64,000 bases of DNA from contig CAXXLX010000001.1 in assembly GCA_963665235.2 (NCBI GenBank), forward strand, positions 3,776,001 to 3,840,000. The letters are read 5' to 3'. Below are positions 30,301 through 40,505 of the stretch, in pieces; positions within the stretch are counted from its first letter, which is position 1, and each line of letters begins with the position of its first letter. This DNA is from Candidatus Poribacteria bacterium. GTDB lineage: Bacteria > Poribacteria > WGA-4E > WGA-3G. Position numbers and translations under genes: made by a program. Below the pieces are notes generated by a model, which made no database searches, was not told the origin of the DNA, and was given only the letters and a program-made list of their open reading frames with translations.

Positions 30301-33300
30301 GAAGTGCCGCTTTAAATGATTTTTCAGCGGCCTCTAATTCATTTTTCTCGAAATAGAGCTTTGCCAATTCGTGATAAACTGTGCTCTCGCCCGGTGCAAG
30401 TTCAATCGATTTTTCGTAAGCAGTAATAGCGTCATCGGTTTGGCCATCAGCAACGTATAATTGTGCAAGTCGGGTATAATGCAGGCCGACCTTAGGGTTA
30501 TCCTTTATGTAGTCCTGTGCAAGTTTAATGGCTTCAGGAATTTTTCGTGCGGCGCGATATGCTCCGACGAGCCCATCCTGATACCTTGTATTCACTGGGT
30601 CTTGCTGAATTAACATATTCCAAATTTCTATAGCTGCATCGTGTTGATTCTGCGTGGTGTAAAGGGATGCAAGTTGTGCTTGAGACTCAAGGTCTTCGGG
30701 CACTGTCTCAAGAATTTGCTTGTAGGTTTCTATGGCTTCAGGTGTTTCATTGCGGTTCACGTGTTCCTGTGCTTTTGAACGTAGAAACCCAACGTTCATG
30801 CGAGCTATCGGTTTTTCCGCATCGGTTGTAGCATCCGAGCCATCACGATTGCCTCTGATTTTCAGGAGCTGTTGTTGTGCGCGTTCTCGGTGACGGTGGT
30901 CTACTGATAGGTCGTTAGTAAGGTCGGTCAATAGGACTTTAGCCTCATCCCACATTTCGTGTTCCATGTAGGTCCGGACGATTGATTCCTTTTGCCAATA
31001 GACTGACCCACTCCGTTGTTCCATGAGTCGGAGCGTGCCCATTTTACGGATAGCATTTCGAGCCTTCTCCTTCTCTCCCTTTTCGGAATAGACAGTGCCA
31101 AGTCTTCGGTAGATGCTTGAAAGATGACTTGCGTCGCGTAGGTTAACTTTTGCAATTGAGGCTTCATGCAGTCGAAGTTCCCGGTCCGGTTGAGATTTAT
31201 CACGGTACATACTTGCTAATGTATCTAACCACCGTAATCGGACATCTGTTGGGATAACCTCAAGGAGTTTATCGACAAGTGAATCTGCCGTTTTGACATC
31301 ATCTGTCAAGATTTTCAGGACTGAGAGGAGATATAAGGTGGAGGGGTCCGCCGCCTTTTCCATGAGTTTTGCCTCATGCGCTGCTGTCAAGTTTTTGAGG
31401 TCATCTAGTGTTTCGTTGAATTCGGACATCTTCCGTATCACCTGTACTTGTACATCCACGGAGTCAGTTTTCACCCTTTTGCGTAAGAGTTCAATGACTT
31501 TTTCACGTTCTCCCGTATTGATGTATGCGGATACTAAGTTTTCATGTACTACGGAGTCTAATCCCAATTCAAGCATCTTTTCGTAGATGTCAATTGCGGG
31601 TTTGGGGTTTTTACTTTGTATAAAGTGCCGTGCGACCCGCCGCGCAAATTCATTGCGGTACCCGTACGGTGTTTTTTCATCAATCATATCCTTGACGACC
31701 GAAACGAGTTGGTTAATTTCGCCTGCTTGGATAAAAATTTTTATCATATTGTCATAGTAGTAATAGGTGCGTTGAAGTGTGTCCGGATTTTCTCTTAAGA
31801 GAATAGCGTATTGTTCAACAGCCTTTTTGACCTGTCCACTTTGCTGCAACATAGCGGCGTAATTATCTCGGAGGTTTCCATCATTGGGTCGGAGTGCAAC
31901 TGCTGCTTTATACGTCTCGGCGGCTTTTGCGAGCTGATTTCTCCCTTTGTAGAACACCGCCAAGTTTTCTAGGGATTTTGCGGTGGGATTTTTTTCTGCG
32001 ATTTGAACTAATTTCGCCTCTCGTTCCCGTATTCGCTCCAGCTGCCTCGCCGATGGCATATTTCCGGGTAGCACTGTCTGTCTAGCCGAAGCGTGCAGGC
32101 GTTCGAGCCGCGAGGCGCGTTCAATCAGCCGTGCTGTCTCCTGTCCCCGTCCCAAATCTTTTAAATGTCCGCCTAATTGTCTCAAGAAATTCGGGTCGCG
32201 TGCTGTCATTGCTAAATTCGTAGTTTTTTTCGATACCGCCACTGCAAACTGTGTAAACCCACCACTCCGTAGTTTTTGGGAAAAACCGAGAAGTTGCCTG
32301 GCCCCAAGCGGAGAATTCAGAAGATTTTTGACCAATTCGCGGACAAGAGGTGTCTGACCTGTATGCAGGGCGAGTTGTAAAGTCAGGTCGTAATATTGAC
32401 TCAGATTCCGTGGGTCCGCCTCCGCAATTGTTTTAAGAAGTTCTATTGCAGTTTCATGTTTTCCTGCCTGAATTGAGACAAAGAGCGCATTCAGTTTTAA
32501 GGTAGGGTCTTCAGGAAATTCCTGTTGCAGCGAGTGGAGAATTTCAAGTGCCCTGGCACGTTCTCCCACCCACCACTTGCAATAACTGATTGCTAATGCA
32601 GGATAGATACGGGCTTTTCCTTCCGCAGCCTCGTACTTGCCCCATAAAGCGGTATAGAACAGCTCCTGCTGTTCGCTAACCCAAATCATTTTGAAAAACT
32701 TCTGTAGGAACGTTAACCGTGTTGAGTCAAAGTACGTTGTAGGCGATGGGAAGCTCGTCTGAAAAGGCCTATAGCCGCTTGAATAGTACGGGCGGTAAGT
32801 CAGGCTTGCTACGCGGCTTGCTTGGGATACGCTCGGATTTGTGGTTTCGATAAACTTCCAAAAGGACGCAATCGCTTTTTCCGGGTGCCCTTCACTCAAA
32901 AAAGTGTTCGCTATTGTTTGATAGCTCTCGGGATAGTTCTGCGCGAACTGCCGTACGGCTGCTGCTGGAAGTTGCGCGATAATTTTTTCAACATGGGCTG
33001 TCCGTTCGAGCTGTGCAAGAATATTGAGCAACTTACTTTTGTTGCGAAGCGTCTTCAAATCTACCCCTTCCAGCTCGTCTAGGAGTTTCTCCGCATCGGT
33101 CCGTTTGTCTTGGTGATGGAAGTGGGATGCATATTCCAAAATGTACCAATTCCTACTGTCAGCAGTTAGACCGGTCATTTTGTCGAGGTAATTTTTGAAG
33201 GCATCGTAATTAACCGCTACTTGCTGCAACCGAATGCCTTGATAGACGAGATTGTTCGGTGAAGCGGCAATTAACCGTTCTACAATTTCAGCGGTTTTCT

Positions 33301-36300
33301 CCGGATTCTCCATCAGGTTGTAAAGTTGTCCCAGAAGTTCAAGCCTGGCGACATCCTTGGGATTTTCGGATGCCTTTTCCTCGAATTGCTGAATGAAAGC
33401 AGACAGTTCTCCGAGGTCATCCAAAATTGTCTTCAATTGCACCAAGGCACCCGCCTGTGCCTCTTCAAAATTGTTGGGTATCCACGCCTGCCTGCCGCTA
33501 CCAAAATTCTGCTGCTGCCGAATTTCATAGCTAAGAGAATTCGCAAGGTTAAGTTTATTTATGTTTATACCGGGCGGTCCGTAAGATGTATGCGACACCT
33601 TAGGTGTTAGTACATTCGTTGCTGTAGACAGGATAGCATCGGCAGCGGGTTTGGACATTTCGAGGATACGTTGAAAGTAGGAACGTGCTTTTTCAGGTTT
33701 GTTAATGTCAACAAGTATACCCCCGATTTGGTAGAGCTTAATATGTGCATCTGAACCCGATATATTTTCAGCTGCACTGTCTAGCGCGAAAAGTGCCTCT
33801 TCCAATAGACCGTGTCGGACTAACAACTTCGCGAGCCGAATTTCGGCATCAAACGTCCGGTTTTTTGTCCGCAGCATTCTCGACCAGGCCTGAACAGCTT
33901 CCTGCTCGCGGCCGGCATCGAACAACAATTCCCCCAATTTCTGCTGATGCATTGGCTCAGGGTCCACCTTCACAAGTTGACGTTGGTAATTAAGTGCTTC
34001 CTGGATTTCACCTTGGGCTAGGCTGATGTCGACAAGTTCAGCTAAGAGTGTAGGACTATCCTTTTCTCTATCCAATGCCTTCACTAATTGGAACCGTGCG
34101 TTAGGAAGATTCCCCTCATTTCGATAAACGACTGCCAATGCTAAAACCGGGGCAATACTTGCTGTATCGGCTTGTGCAAGCTGCTTCAGTTTTTCAGGGA
34201 GTTCATCTCGTCGCCCTAGGTCGTAATACGCTCCGGTGAGCGGTTTGATGAAACTGAGTTTCTCGCTAGCGCTGTCGCTTAATTCCCAGCACCGCCAGTA
34301 TTGAGCGATGGCTTGTCGGAAGTTCCCAGCGAGGCTATAAGTTGCGGCGAGTTCCGCTCGAGACGCAATTGCATCCGGGCGTAATCGAAGTGCTTGCTTG
34401 AAGCTCTGAATGGCGGCTGCAAAATCGCCATCCTGTTTGGCAATGTGGGCAAGCAGTTGATACCCCTCCGGATTGCGTGGACTGTGTGCAATTACCTGTT
34501 TTGCTGCTGATGTCGCTTTTTCAAAATCGAGTGCCTTCAGATATGCGTTTGCAATATTTGAATAGTATTCACGCGCGTTGGGATTATCAATCTGCGCTAG
34601 ATGCATGTAAACAGCGATGGCTTCATCGTACCTCCCCTCCCTCTTATGGATGTCTGCACACCATCTATTGATGGTTACATTATCCGGTTGAAGTGCCTTC
34701 GCCTCCAAAAGGATTTTAAGGGTGTCCGTTGTATTCCGTAACTTCAGGTACATTTTAGCGAGTTGCCTCAGGTGTGCAAACCTTTCGTCGCCTATAAGGG
34801 TAGGTTTCTCAAGTTCAGCTTCCAACGTCTGGATTTTAGCGGCGAGCGTTCCCTGCCGACGATAGAGTTCAATCCGCTGGTCATCCATCTGTTCCGCAAA
34901 AAACGGGTTCGGGGCAAGTTTGATAGCCTCTGTGTATTCCACTAACGCCGCATCGTAGTCCTTACTTTCCCTGAGCCGCCTTGCTAATGCCTCACGATAT
35001 CGAAAATCGTCCGGTGCCAACGCTACCGCCTTTCGGCTCGCAGCGAGAGATTCAGGCAGGAACGTTTTGGTCTCAAGCAGCCTTGCTAATCGGTCATAGT
35101 TCGCTGCATCTCCCTTCTCATCGGCAACCATCCGATTCCATGTTGCAAGTGCTTGTTCCCGCTCCCCTTGGCGGAAGTAGAACTCTCCGAAATACTCAAT
35201 ATAATCCAGATTGTCCGGCGCGAGTGAGAGTGCCTGCTGATAGGCAGCGACAGCATCCTCTATCCAGTCATGTCCTGTGTAAATCTCTGCGAGGATAAGA
35301 TGTACGTTTGCATTTTCAGGGTTACGCGTAATCATGTCCTGATAAGTTGCCCGTGCCTTGTCTTCATCGCCTAACTGTAGGTACAACTTACCTATTTCAC
35401 GATAGATGCCGAAATCGTCCGGGTGCTGTTCCCGAAGCACCTCATATTCCGAAACAGCGTCCGCAAGCTTGTCCGAACTTCGCAGCGCAGCGATAAGATT
35501 CAAACGTAGGGACACATCTGTCGGGGCAAGTTCTAAACCTCTCCTATATGTCTCTATGCCCTCCGCTGTTTGTTGATTTTCAACATAAGCGGACGCGAGT
35601 AAACCGAGCAGCTCCGGGTCGTTCGGTGTTGTGGATAGCTTGGCTTGGTAATATGCAATTAGCTCTTGCCAATTTGCGTCAGCGGCGTAAATACTGATGA
35701 TACGGTGTTGGAGGTCTTTCCGCAGCCAATTGCCCGGGGCAGTTAGTGCCAACGCTGCATCGTAACGCTCACGTGCCTTCTGATATTCCCCTGTATCTTC
35801 GTGAATCTTACCAATCTCTCGCAGACTCAGGCACACACGATACGGGTCATCCTTTTTCAATGCGATAATTGCTTCATGTTGGGCAATCGCTTGCGGGTAG
35901 AGTTCCTGTTCATAAAAAAGGTCGGCAAGTTCACGTCGAGCGAATATATTTTGCGGGTCAAGTTCGGCAATCTGCGTCCAAGCCGTAATAGCCTCGTCTA
36001 CCCGGTCCCTGCTGAAATAGGCGCGTCCGAGGGCTTTGTAAATTGCAATGCGGTCATCGGGTGAAACGGTGCCGGTCTGTTGTGACAATGTTACGGCCTT
36101 CGTCAATTTATCAATTGCTACCTCATGTTGACGTAGTGTTCCGTAGAAACGTCCGAGGGCGAAGTACGGATAATAATCGTCCGGGGCAAGTTCAACGGCG
36201 CGTTGATAGGCAGCAACTGCTGCGGCATCCTGCCCGAGCCGTTTGTAGATATGTCCGAGAATAAGTTGAACGTTCGGGTCATTCGGTTTCGCTGCTGCTG

Positions 36301-36535
36301 CCGCTTGGTAATCGGTCACCATTGCGTCTAAACCGGTACCCTCCAGATAATACTGATATAGCCGGTCAAATGTACTCCCCTCCCGCGGCTTTTGATTCAG
36401 CATCTGTTTATAGCGGTCGATGATTTTTGTGTCCTCCGCTTCGTCCTGCGCGGCGGTTATTGATGTAAAGCACAGGATAGCACTCATTAGATATAGCAGA
36501 GATATGGCAATTGTGCATTTTTCTCGTCGAAACAT
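27377..36535 (-). CDS. Giant (3052 aa) exported tetratricopeptide-repeat protein with C-terminal PA14/galactose-binding-like beta-sandwich
   Basis: Signal peptide; dozens of TPR units; WVTLGPF...SDDQGKVWLNG...GKNTVMVKV..WGFYLR; GGAGG SD. Confidence 0.9.
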   Translation of the reverse strand: MFRREKCTIAISLLYLMSAILCFTSITAAQDEAEDTKIIDRYKQMLNQKPREGSTFDRLYQYYLEGTGLDAMVTDYQAAAAAKPNDPNVQLILGHIYKRLGQDAAAVAAYQRAVELAPDDYYPYFALGRFYGTLRQHEVAIDKLTKAVTLSQQTGTVSPDDRIAIYKALGRAYFSRDRVDEAITAWTQIAELDPQNIFARRELADLFYEQELYPQAIAQHEAIIALKKDDPYRVCLSLREIGKIHEDTGEYQKARERYDAALALTAPGNWLRKDLQHRIISIYAADANWQELIAYYQAKLSTTPNDPELLGLLASAYVENQQTAEGIETYRRGLELAPTDVSLRLNLIAALRSSDKLADAVSEYEVLREQHPDDFGIYREIGKLYLQLGDEDKARATYQDMITRNPENANVHLILAEIYTGHDWIEDAVAAYQQALSLAPDNLDYIEYFGEFYFRQGEREQALATWNRMVADEKGDAANYDRLARLLETKTFLPESLAASRKAVALAPDDFRYREALARRLRESKDYDAALVEYTEAIKLAPNPFFAEQMDDQRIELYRRQGTLAAKIQTLEAELEKPTLIGDERFAHLRQLAKMYLKLRNTTDTLKILLEAKALQPDNVTINRWCADIHKREGRYDEAIAVYMHLAQIDNPNAREYYSNIANAYLKALDFEKATSAAKQVIAHSPRNPEGYQLLAHIAKQDGDFAAAIQSFKQALRLRPDAIASRAELAATYSLAGNFRQAIAQYWRCWELSDSASEKLSFIKPLTGAYYDLGRRDELPEKLKQLAQADTASIAPVLALAVVYRNEGNLPNARFQLVKALDREKDSPTLLAELVDISLAQGEIQEALNYQRQLVKVDPEPMHQQKLGELLFDAGREQEAVQAWSRMLRTKNRTFDAEIRLAKLLVRHGLLEEALFALDSAAENISGSDAHIKLYQIGGILVDINKPEKARSYFQRILEMSKPAADAILSTATNVLTPKVSHTSYGPPGININKLNLANSLSYEIRQQQNFGSGRQAWIPNNFEEAQAGALVQLKTILDDLGELSAFIQQFEEKASENPKDVARLELLGQLYNLMENPEKTAEIVERLIAASPNNLVYQGIRLQQVAVNYDAFKNYLDKMTGLTADSRNWYILEYASHFHHQDKRTDAEKLLDELEGVDLKTLRNKSKLLNILAQLERTAHVEKIIAQLPAAAVRQFAQNYPESYQTIANTFLSEGHPEKAIASFWKFIETTNPSVSQASRVASLTYRPYYSSGYRPFQTSFPSPTTYFDSTRLTFLQKFFKMIWVSEQQELFYTALWGKYEAAEGKARIYPALAISYCKWWVGERARALEILHSLQQEFPEDPTLKLNALFVSIQAGKHETAIELLKTIAEADPRNLSQYYDLTLQLALHTGQTPLVRELVKNLLNSPLGARQLLGFSQKLRSGGFTQFAVAVSKKTTNLAMTARDPNFLRQLGGHLKDLGRGQETARLIERASRLERLHASARQTVLPGNMPSARQLERIREREAKLVQIAEKNPTAKSLENLAVFYKGRNQLAKAAETYKAAVALRPNDGNLRDNYAAMLQQSGQVKKAVEQYAILLRENPDTLQRTYYYYDNMIKIFIQAGEINQLVSVVKDMIDEKTPYGYRNEFARRVARHFIQSKNPKPAIDIYEKMLELGLDSVVHENLVSAYINTGEREKVIELLRKRVKTDSVDVQVQVIRKMSEFNETLDDLKNLTAAHEAKLMEKAADPSTLYLLSVLKILTDDVKTADSLVDKLLEVIPTDVRLRWLDTLASMYRDKSQPDRELRLHEASIAKVNLRDASHLSSIYRRLGTVYSEKGEKEKARNAIRKMGTLRLMEQRSGSVYWQKESIVRTYMEHEMWDEAKVLLTDLTNDLSVDHRHRERAQQQLLKIRGNRDGSDATTDAEKPIARMNVGFLRSKAQEHVNRNETPEAIETYKQILETVPEDLESQAQLASLYTTQNQHDAAIEIWNMLIQQDPVNTRYQDGLVGAYRAARKIPEAIKLAQDYIKDNPKVGLHYTRLAQLYVADGQTDDAITAYEKSIELAPGESTVYHELAKLYFEKNELEAAEKSFKAALQYAGQSRNRKEIEAQLLQLYQRQGKFEAVLKQAEEQGTLTFDMQKQRASIYRTEGKTEKAITAYKKALGMATSTYERRDVNRELMDIYSSLGKLEEYLKEAEEQGILTFEMQKNIADRYRHTGELEKAAKAYQRALELTTESHWRHQIERQIMDLYRQSGKMAEFLEEAEKAGTITYDMQMELAQHYSQKRQSEKAVEAFKKARNMTTDSSDREDISKFLMLEYARLGNSELAVKLYEEVALAEANDPNNLSISYYSGLEGFKVHFPGDEMREILSRTYLSTGQLNQLQAIFEAKLEKTPETKHILEGVAEIYRRSNNHEKAAEVYQKLSEVAPSNVHYFYYAAASLNKIGKVELATEFLNRGTQALPKSPWKDKVTLPCGLGSICFQNKMYSPAIALFKEAVKMIEADKLNRTNNKWKLQHLYELLGECYLRTEQYEEAVTAYQQLADISPNDKERAEKAIKQAYRDGNLHEKRIPEQRKKVEANPDDIDARLALAQTYELSNKVDEAIAQYLKISALQPDVVKWHRTVGGLYERSNQTDRNERLAKAAAAYEKALGLEPNSFELYDLLAKTHRNRDNSAEAAAVYRRALEAPLTSEEQDLAVKAILELTETDKRIAVLEELSTKTAQSVLLYKLLGDTYIESGNAEKAAQAYTQWLEIRQREEDHQHGADYHQLAQQLLNKNVIPELALRLAKLAANNRADSTYLFTLGHAYLANEQYENALEQFQRSLNLSSQSGRLRGNPVEQLLKRVAEAGKHVKDKNGYVEMIGKLIETIPEPVGDKVNANLTLAEFCRELGMTDAAKTYVQKAGFFPETLWVTLGPFDNTKGRGYNTAYIPEETGQIDTSAKYDGVDGQVSWKQGNDKTFDGFFSFGDDEKQLVAYAYISFTAPEEREAHIKFDSDDQGKVWLNGKKVYAHRRTRGAQIDRRTIPVTLIAGKNTVMVKVCNETLPWGFYLRITDTEGNPFADLKLAE

Positions 36536-36556
36536 GTGGAACCCTCCTTTTGTGTC

Positions 36557-37393
36557 TCACTTTCCATTTTCATCAACGCCGTTGTCTGTTTGACCGAAGG
36601 ATGCTAATGTTAGCGTGTCGTGAAACCACCCTGTGCAATTGCTATGGACATAGACGATGTCGTTAATGACAATACGGCGATTGTTCGGAAACTTGCTTAC
36701 CAGGTCGTGTCCGCGTAGATATCGCCCATCATAGCGTCTGAAGAAAACGGTGCGTCCCCCCTTTTCGATAAAAACTTCTGCAAGTTCACCGCCGTGCTCT
36801 TCAGTAATGTCAACATCCAGGGCGCGAAGACAGTGGAAAGTGTTTTCACCAATTGTTACGTGATATGTGCCAGCCCCGAATCCCTGTCCATCGGTGAGTT
36901 TATAAGTGCCATCGGGTTGAAGCGCGTAACGTCCATCGTCGACGATGCGGCGTTTACAAGGGCCACCCCATTGGTCTTCAAACCCTTCGTCTCCGATTGT
37001 ATCAAAAATTCGTCTGCCATCTATCGTATTTACGACCGAAACCCACTTTGTGTGCGTTTCATCAATTGCGACATACATCAAATTTGGTGAGGGGGGCCAG
37101 TCTTTTGCAAGCCACTCCTTAAACTGGATTTCAACGCACTCAATTCCACGAATAATTGCTGGGGCGGTAGGAATCAATTGCGTTACAGCGTCTAATTTCT
37201 GTGTTTCGCCATCGTATTCAGCCCACATGTAGGCGGGGGCCATCTTGGGGATAGCAAACCACCACTGTAGCTCTTGACAATCCACCGCCTCAATTTGGTC
37301 TGAACTTTCAACTATCTTGATATCGGGTCGAGTGGGCGGAAAAGGGTGCAATACAACCTCACCGGGGCTTTCTATTGTCCATTTTGCGTCCAT
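36557..37393 (-). CDS. Hypothetical protein
   Basis: 278-aa ORF with GAGG SD; no confident family assignment. Confidence 0.7.
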   Translation of the reverse strand: MDAKWTIESPGEVVLHPFPPTRPDIKIVESSDQIEAVDCQELQWWFAIPKMAPAYMWAEYDGETQKLDAVTQLIPTAPAIIRGIECVEIQFKEWLAKDWPPSPNLMYVAIDETHTKWVSVVNTIDGRRIFDTIGDEGFEDQWGGPCKRRIVDDGRYALQPDGTYKLTDGQGFGAGTYHVTIGENTFHCLRALDVDITEEHGGELAEVFIEKGGRTVFFRRYDGRYLRGHDLVSKFPNNRRIVINDIVYVHSNCTGWFHDTLTLASFGQTDNGVDENGK

Positions 37394-37472
37394 GTTTTAT
37401 CCTCTTACAACGGTTTGATATTATGTTCTGGTTGCCGCACGATGTCTTCGTTGAAATCCGGTTAACTCGGTA

Positions 37473-37621
37473 TTAATCATTAGCAGGTTGGCCATATAAT
37501 TTGTTGATATGGTACTGCTGAATAGCAAGCGAGGCGATACCTACGCCAAATAGTGCTAACAACACACAAAGGATTGGCAGATTCTGATCGACTAGTAAAT
37601 CGTTCTCAGACTGTACCTCAT
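37473..37621 (-). pseudogene. 3' part of DUF4234-like membrane protein gene split by the IsrB element
   Basis: EVQSEND..LPILCVLLALFGVGIASLAIQQYHINK joins 38967..39327 in frame. Confidence 0.8.
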
Positions 37622-37651
37622 CAAAATCTTCGGTGTGGAGACCCCGTTGCT

Positions 37652-38700
37652 TTAGCACGGGGAGGAAACACCGCTCCTATATTGAAAGTTCAAGCGTGTG
37701 AGGACTTGAAAATCTGTGCGTTTCGCACCCGTTGTGAGGCGTTGACCTTCTAAGCTATAGATAGAAAACACCCCTTTTGCATTAATACCCGTAATAGGAT
37801 GTCCTCGGTGGGACCTCGGACGTGTGATCCCGTGTTTGCTGTGCTTTATCACCGTGTTTTTCACAAGTCCGTTGCCTAACACAGTCCCGCCATATCTTGA
37901 CCGTATTCCGCCCTTTGCTGGTTGTTCTCGGTGCAAGTTACGCCTTGCTACATCGGGGATATGCAAAACACGGCTGTATTGTCGGGTTTGAGTGCCATCG
38001 CTTTCTTTGTGTCACCATTGACAACCGAATGTGCCATCACCCAACTATCAACGCAGTGTGCATAGAATCAGAGAGTTTGTCTTGGCTCTTCTCTAATCCT
38101 GCGCGGAAGTCCACCTGCCTTTATAGCAAAACACATTGCCAACGCCATATGCTATCAACTCAGAGACAAACCAGCGTTTACCAACCTCCAACGGACTAAA
38201 AGCTGTGTTCCATCGCTTCTTACCCGGTTTTGTTCTTGCCTTGATGTCCTCCAAACAGATTTTTGTGACAGGATACAAGTCAGACAACCAATCCAGGATG
38301 CGGAGTTTCCAATCCCAACGGGCCCGGGTGCCTGCGGGGAGTTTCTGTCTGTTCGCACCTTTGTTGGTGCGGTTCTTGCGGTTGGGACACTTCCGAGAAC
38401 GTCCGAGGTCCCAAGGACATCCTCTCCCTCTGCGGAGTTCACGTCTTTTCTCAACCTTCTTTCCAACTTTGTTATGTGCATCTGCCTGACGTTCAGATAC
38501 GTAGTCGCAGATTTGACGGTAAATCCCTCTTTCTTACTTCCAGGACACCGACAACAATGTCTTACTCTATCACTCGGTTCTTTGTTGAGTGCGTTGTTCC
38601 AATAAGGTGTTGCTTCACCGCGTTTGACAAGTTTCCTTGCACGTGCAGCATGCATCGGCATCAGCTGTTGTCCGTCGTTTGTTTTGACTGGCACAAACAT
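37652..38700 (-). pseudogene. isrB: Frameshifted IsrB (RRXRR/PLMP + RuvC)
   Basis: Fragments MFVPV..LMP..ARARK, PGSKKEGFTVKS, CLEDIKA..FSPLEVGK, RRNLHR..RYGGT align to 52815..53843. Confidence 0.85.
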
Positions 38701-38966
38701 AAGTTTGTTTTCTCCTTACGGAAGTAAAACGGATGAAAACGGATGACCGTAGGTCATTTGTTTTCCCTCTTTCCTTCCGTCGGGTATATATTGCCCCATC
38801 CAGATCAGGGGTTCGTAGTGGAATCAGACTTGGGGAGCATCCGAAACATACTTTAGGCTGCCACACCCAGAACCCCCGATTATTACTGTAGAAAGTAGTT
38901 TAACTTGTGGAGACTGCTTGGCAGGCAGTTCGCCAAGCCCCCACGCTTTAGCGGGGGGTTACTGAC
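38701..38966 (-). ncRNA. Putative omegaRNA scaffold of the degenerate IsrB element
   Basis: Non-coding, hairpin-rich leader sharing TTTCGGATGCTCCCCAAGTC, CTACAGTAATA and GATCTGGATGGG with the other copy. Confidence 0.7.
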
Positions 38967-39327
38967 TGATGCTCATTGCCATCTTATATTCATAGTAGAG
39001 GGCAAAGAGGCCACAAGTGATTATCGTAAGAAAGAGCCAGAGCCAAAAGGAATACTCGTCTCTTTTTAACCAGGCATTGAGGGTATCCATCTGCTTGTAT
39101 TGCCAGTAGAGCCCATAGATACCACAAGTGAGTAAAGTTGCTAAAACACCGACAGCAATACTCCGTACAGCCTCGGATGCCGGATACGGATATTCGCCAA
39201 GTGTCGTAATAGGGGTCTGCTCTGTTTTCGACCTAGAAATGACGATGACTATTAGGGCGAGTCCTAAACCCACAAAAAATATGATAACAATCGCGAGTTC
39301 CAACAGGCCGGGTAAAAATAATTCCAT
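38967..39327 (-). pseudogene. 5' part of DUF4234-like membrane protein gene
   Basis: RSIAVGVLATLLTCGIYGLYW..ITCGLFALYYEYK signature; truncated by the IS end. Confidence 0.8.
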
Positions 39328-39502
39328 ATTTCTTCTCCTTTAATTAGCAATTGGCGATTGGCAATTGGCAAATTGGCAAGAGTTTACGATTGCATCTTAT
39401 GTTTCTGACACGCGTCAAATATTTCTATGTAAAAACCAACAGCCAACAGCCATAGACCCACAGCCAATGGCGAGTTTCCGTTCGTTCAATCCGTGCTACA
39501 AT

Positions 39503-40315
39503 CTAACTCTCTTTCAGGCGTTTGACGGCCTCTAATTTTGTTAGCTGCCAATCTGTCCAATCTTTTTCGCCTTCATACCGGACGATGTCGTGAATGGTTG
39601 CTCTCGGTTGATAGGTCACATAGTTTCCGGTGTGCCAACCGAGATTTCGGTAAATCATGAAATCCCCCGGTCCCAGATGCACCTGAACGGCTCCCGGAAA
39701 CTGTCGGCAGTGGTCAAGGTAAACCCGTTCTGCCTCCGCATTGGATTGTCCATCGGCAGGTTTTCGCAAGGTGGGGTCGCCTGTTGTCTGCTGTTCGCCG
39801 GGCATATCCCACTGGCGGAGATGGCTGCCAGGGACGAACCATGTGCAAGAATCGGCATAAATTGCACAGTTGACCTGATTGAAGTGGCGGAGGTCGTACC
39901 AGACTTCAGCAAGCTTCGCGTTGACGGTATCATCGCGTGCTTCAGGGGGCACCTCGACAACCCCGTCTCGATGCCACCCGATATGCCAGGGATGGTCACA
40001 AGGTTCAACGAGCAATCCCATAATGTCCACGTGCCCGTGTGTGTAGTCATCGCCAAGCAATTTTTGAGTTGCCTCTTTAAGTTCGGGCAACTCCGTGTAG
40101 TCATAAAAAGGCTTGAGATTGAGTTCATCTCCATAGTTCGACAAGGGCTGAATACGTTGCGTCTGGGGGCCGTTAAGTTTATGTGCCAAATTCCGTGCTT
40201 TTTCGGCTTCTCTGCGTAAATCAGTGAGCAATGACGGTGGAACAATCCCTCTAAAAATGAGATAGCCTTGCGAAAGATATTCGTTGACCATTGAATCCTG
40301 AAATTGAAATGCCAT
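39503..40315 (-). CDS. PhyH-family dioxygenase
   Basis: QGYLIF, WHRD, VPGSH, LGPGD..WH.G. Confidence 0.88.
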   Translation of the reverse strand: MAFQFQDSMVNEYLSQGYLIFRGIVPPSLLTDLRREAEKARNLAHKLNGPQTQRIQPLSNYGDELNLKPFYDYTELPELKEATQKLLGDDYTHGHVDIMGLLVEPCDHPWHIGWHRDGVVEVPPEARDDTVNAKLAEVWYDLRHFNQVNCAIYADSCTWFVPGSHLRQWDMPGEQQTTGDPTLRKPADGQSNAEAERVYLDHCRQFPGAVQVHLGPGDFMIYRNLGWHTGNYVTYQPRATIHDIVRYEGEKDWTDWQLTKLEAVKRLKES

Positions 40316-40505
40316 TTTTTTTTCTAATAGAATTGTAGATTTTGCAACGCCTGCAATGGTAATTGCATTATAGCATTTTACGCGGATTGCGCGGATTTTA
40401 AGATGCGTAACAATCTCTTTGGCAATTAGCTCACTGGCGATTAGCAACACTGGCAATTAGCAAATTGGCGATTAGCAAAAGGTTTCCAAGAGCCAATCTG
40501 CCGCG

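Larger units (their letters stand above)
37622..38966 (-). mobile_element. IS200/IS605-type non-autonomous IsrB element (degenerate copy)
   Basis: End hairpins GTCAGTAACCCCCCGCTAAAGCGTGGGGGCTTG and CCCCGTGCTAAAGCAACGGGG..CCGAAGATTTTG; no target duplication. Confidence 0.85.
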
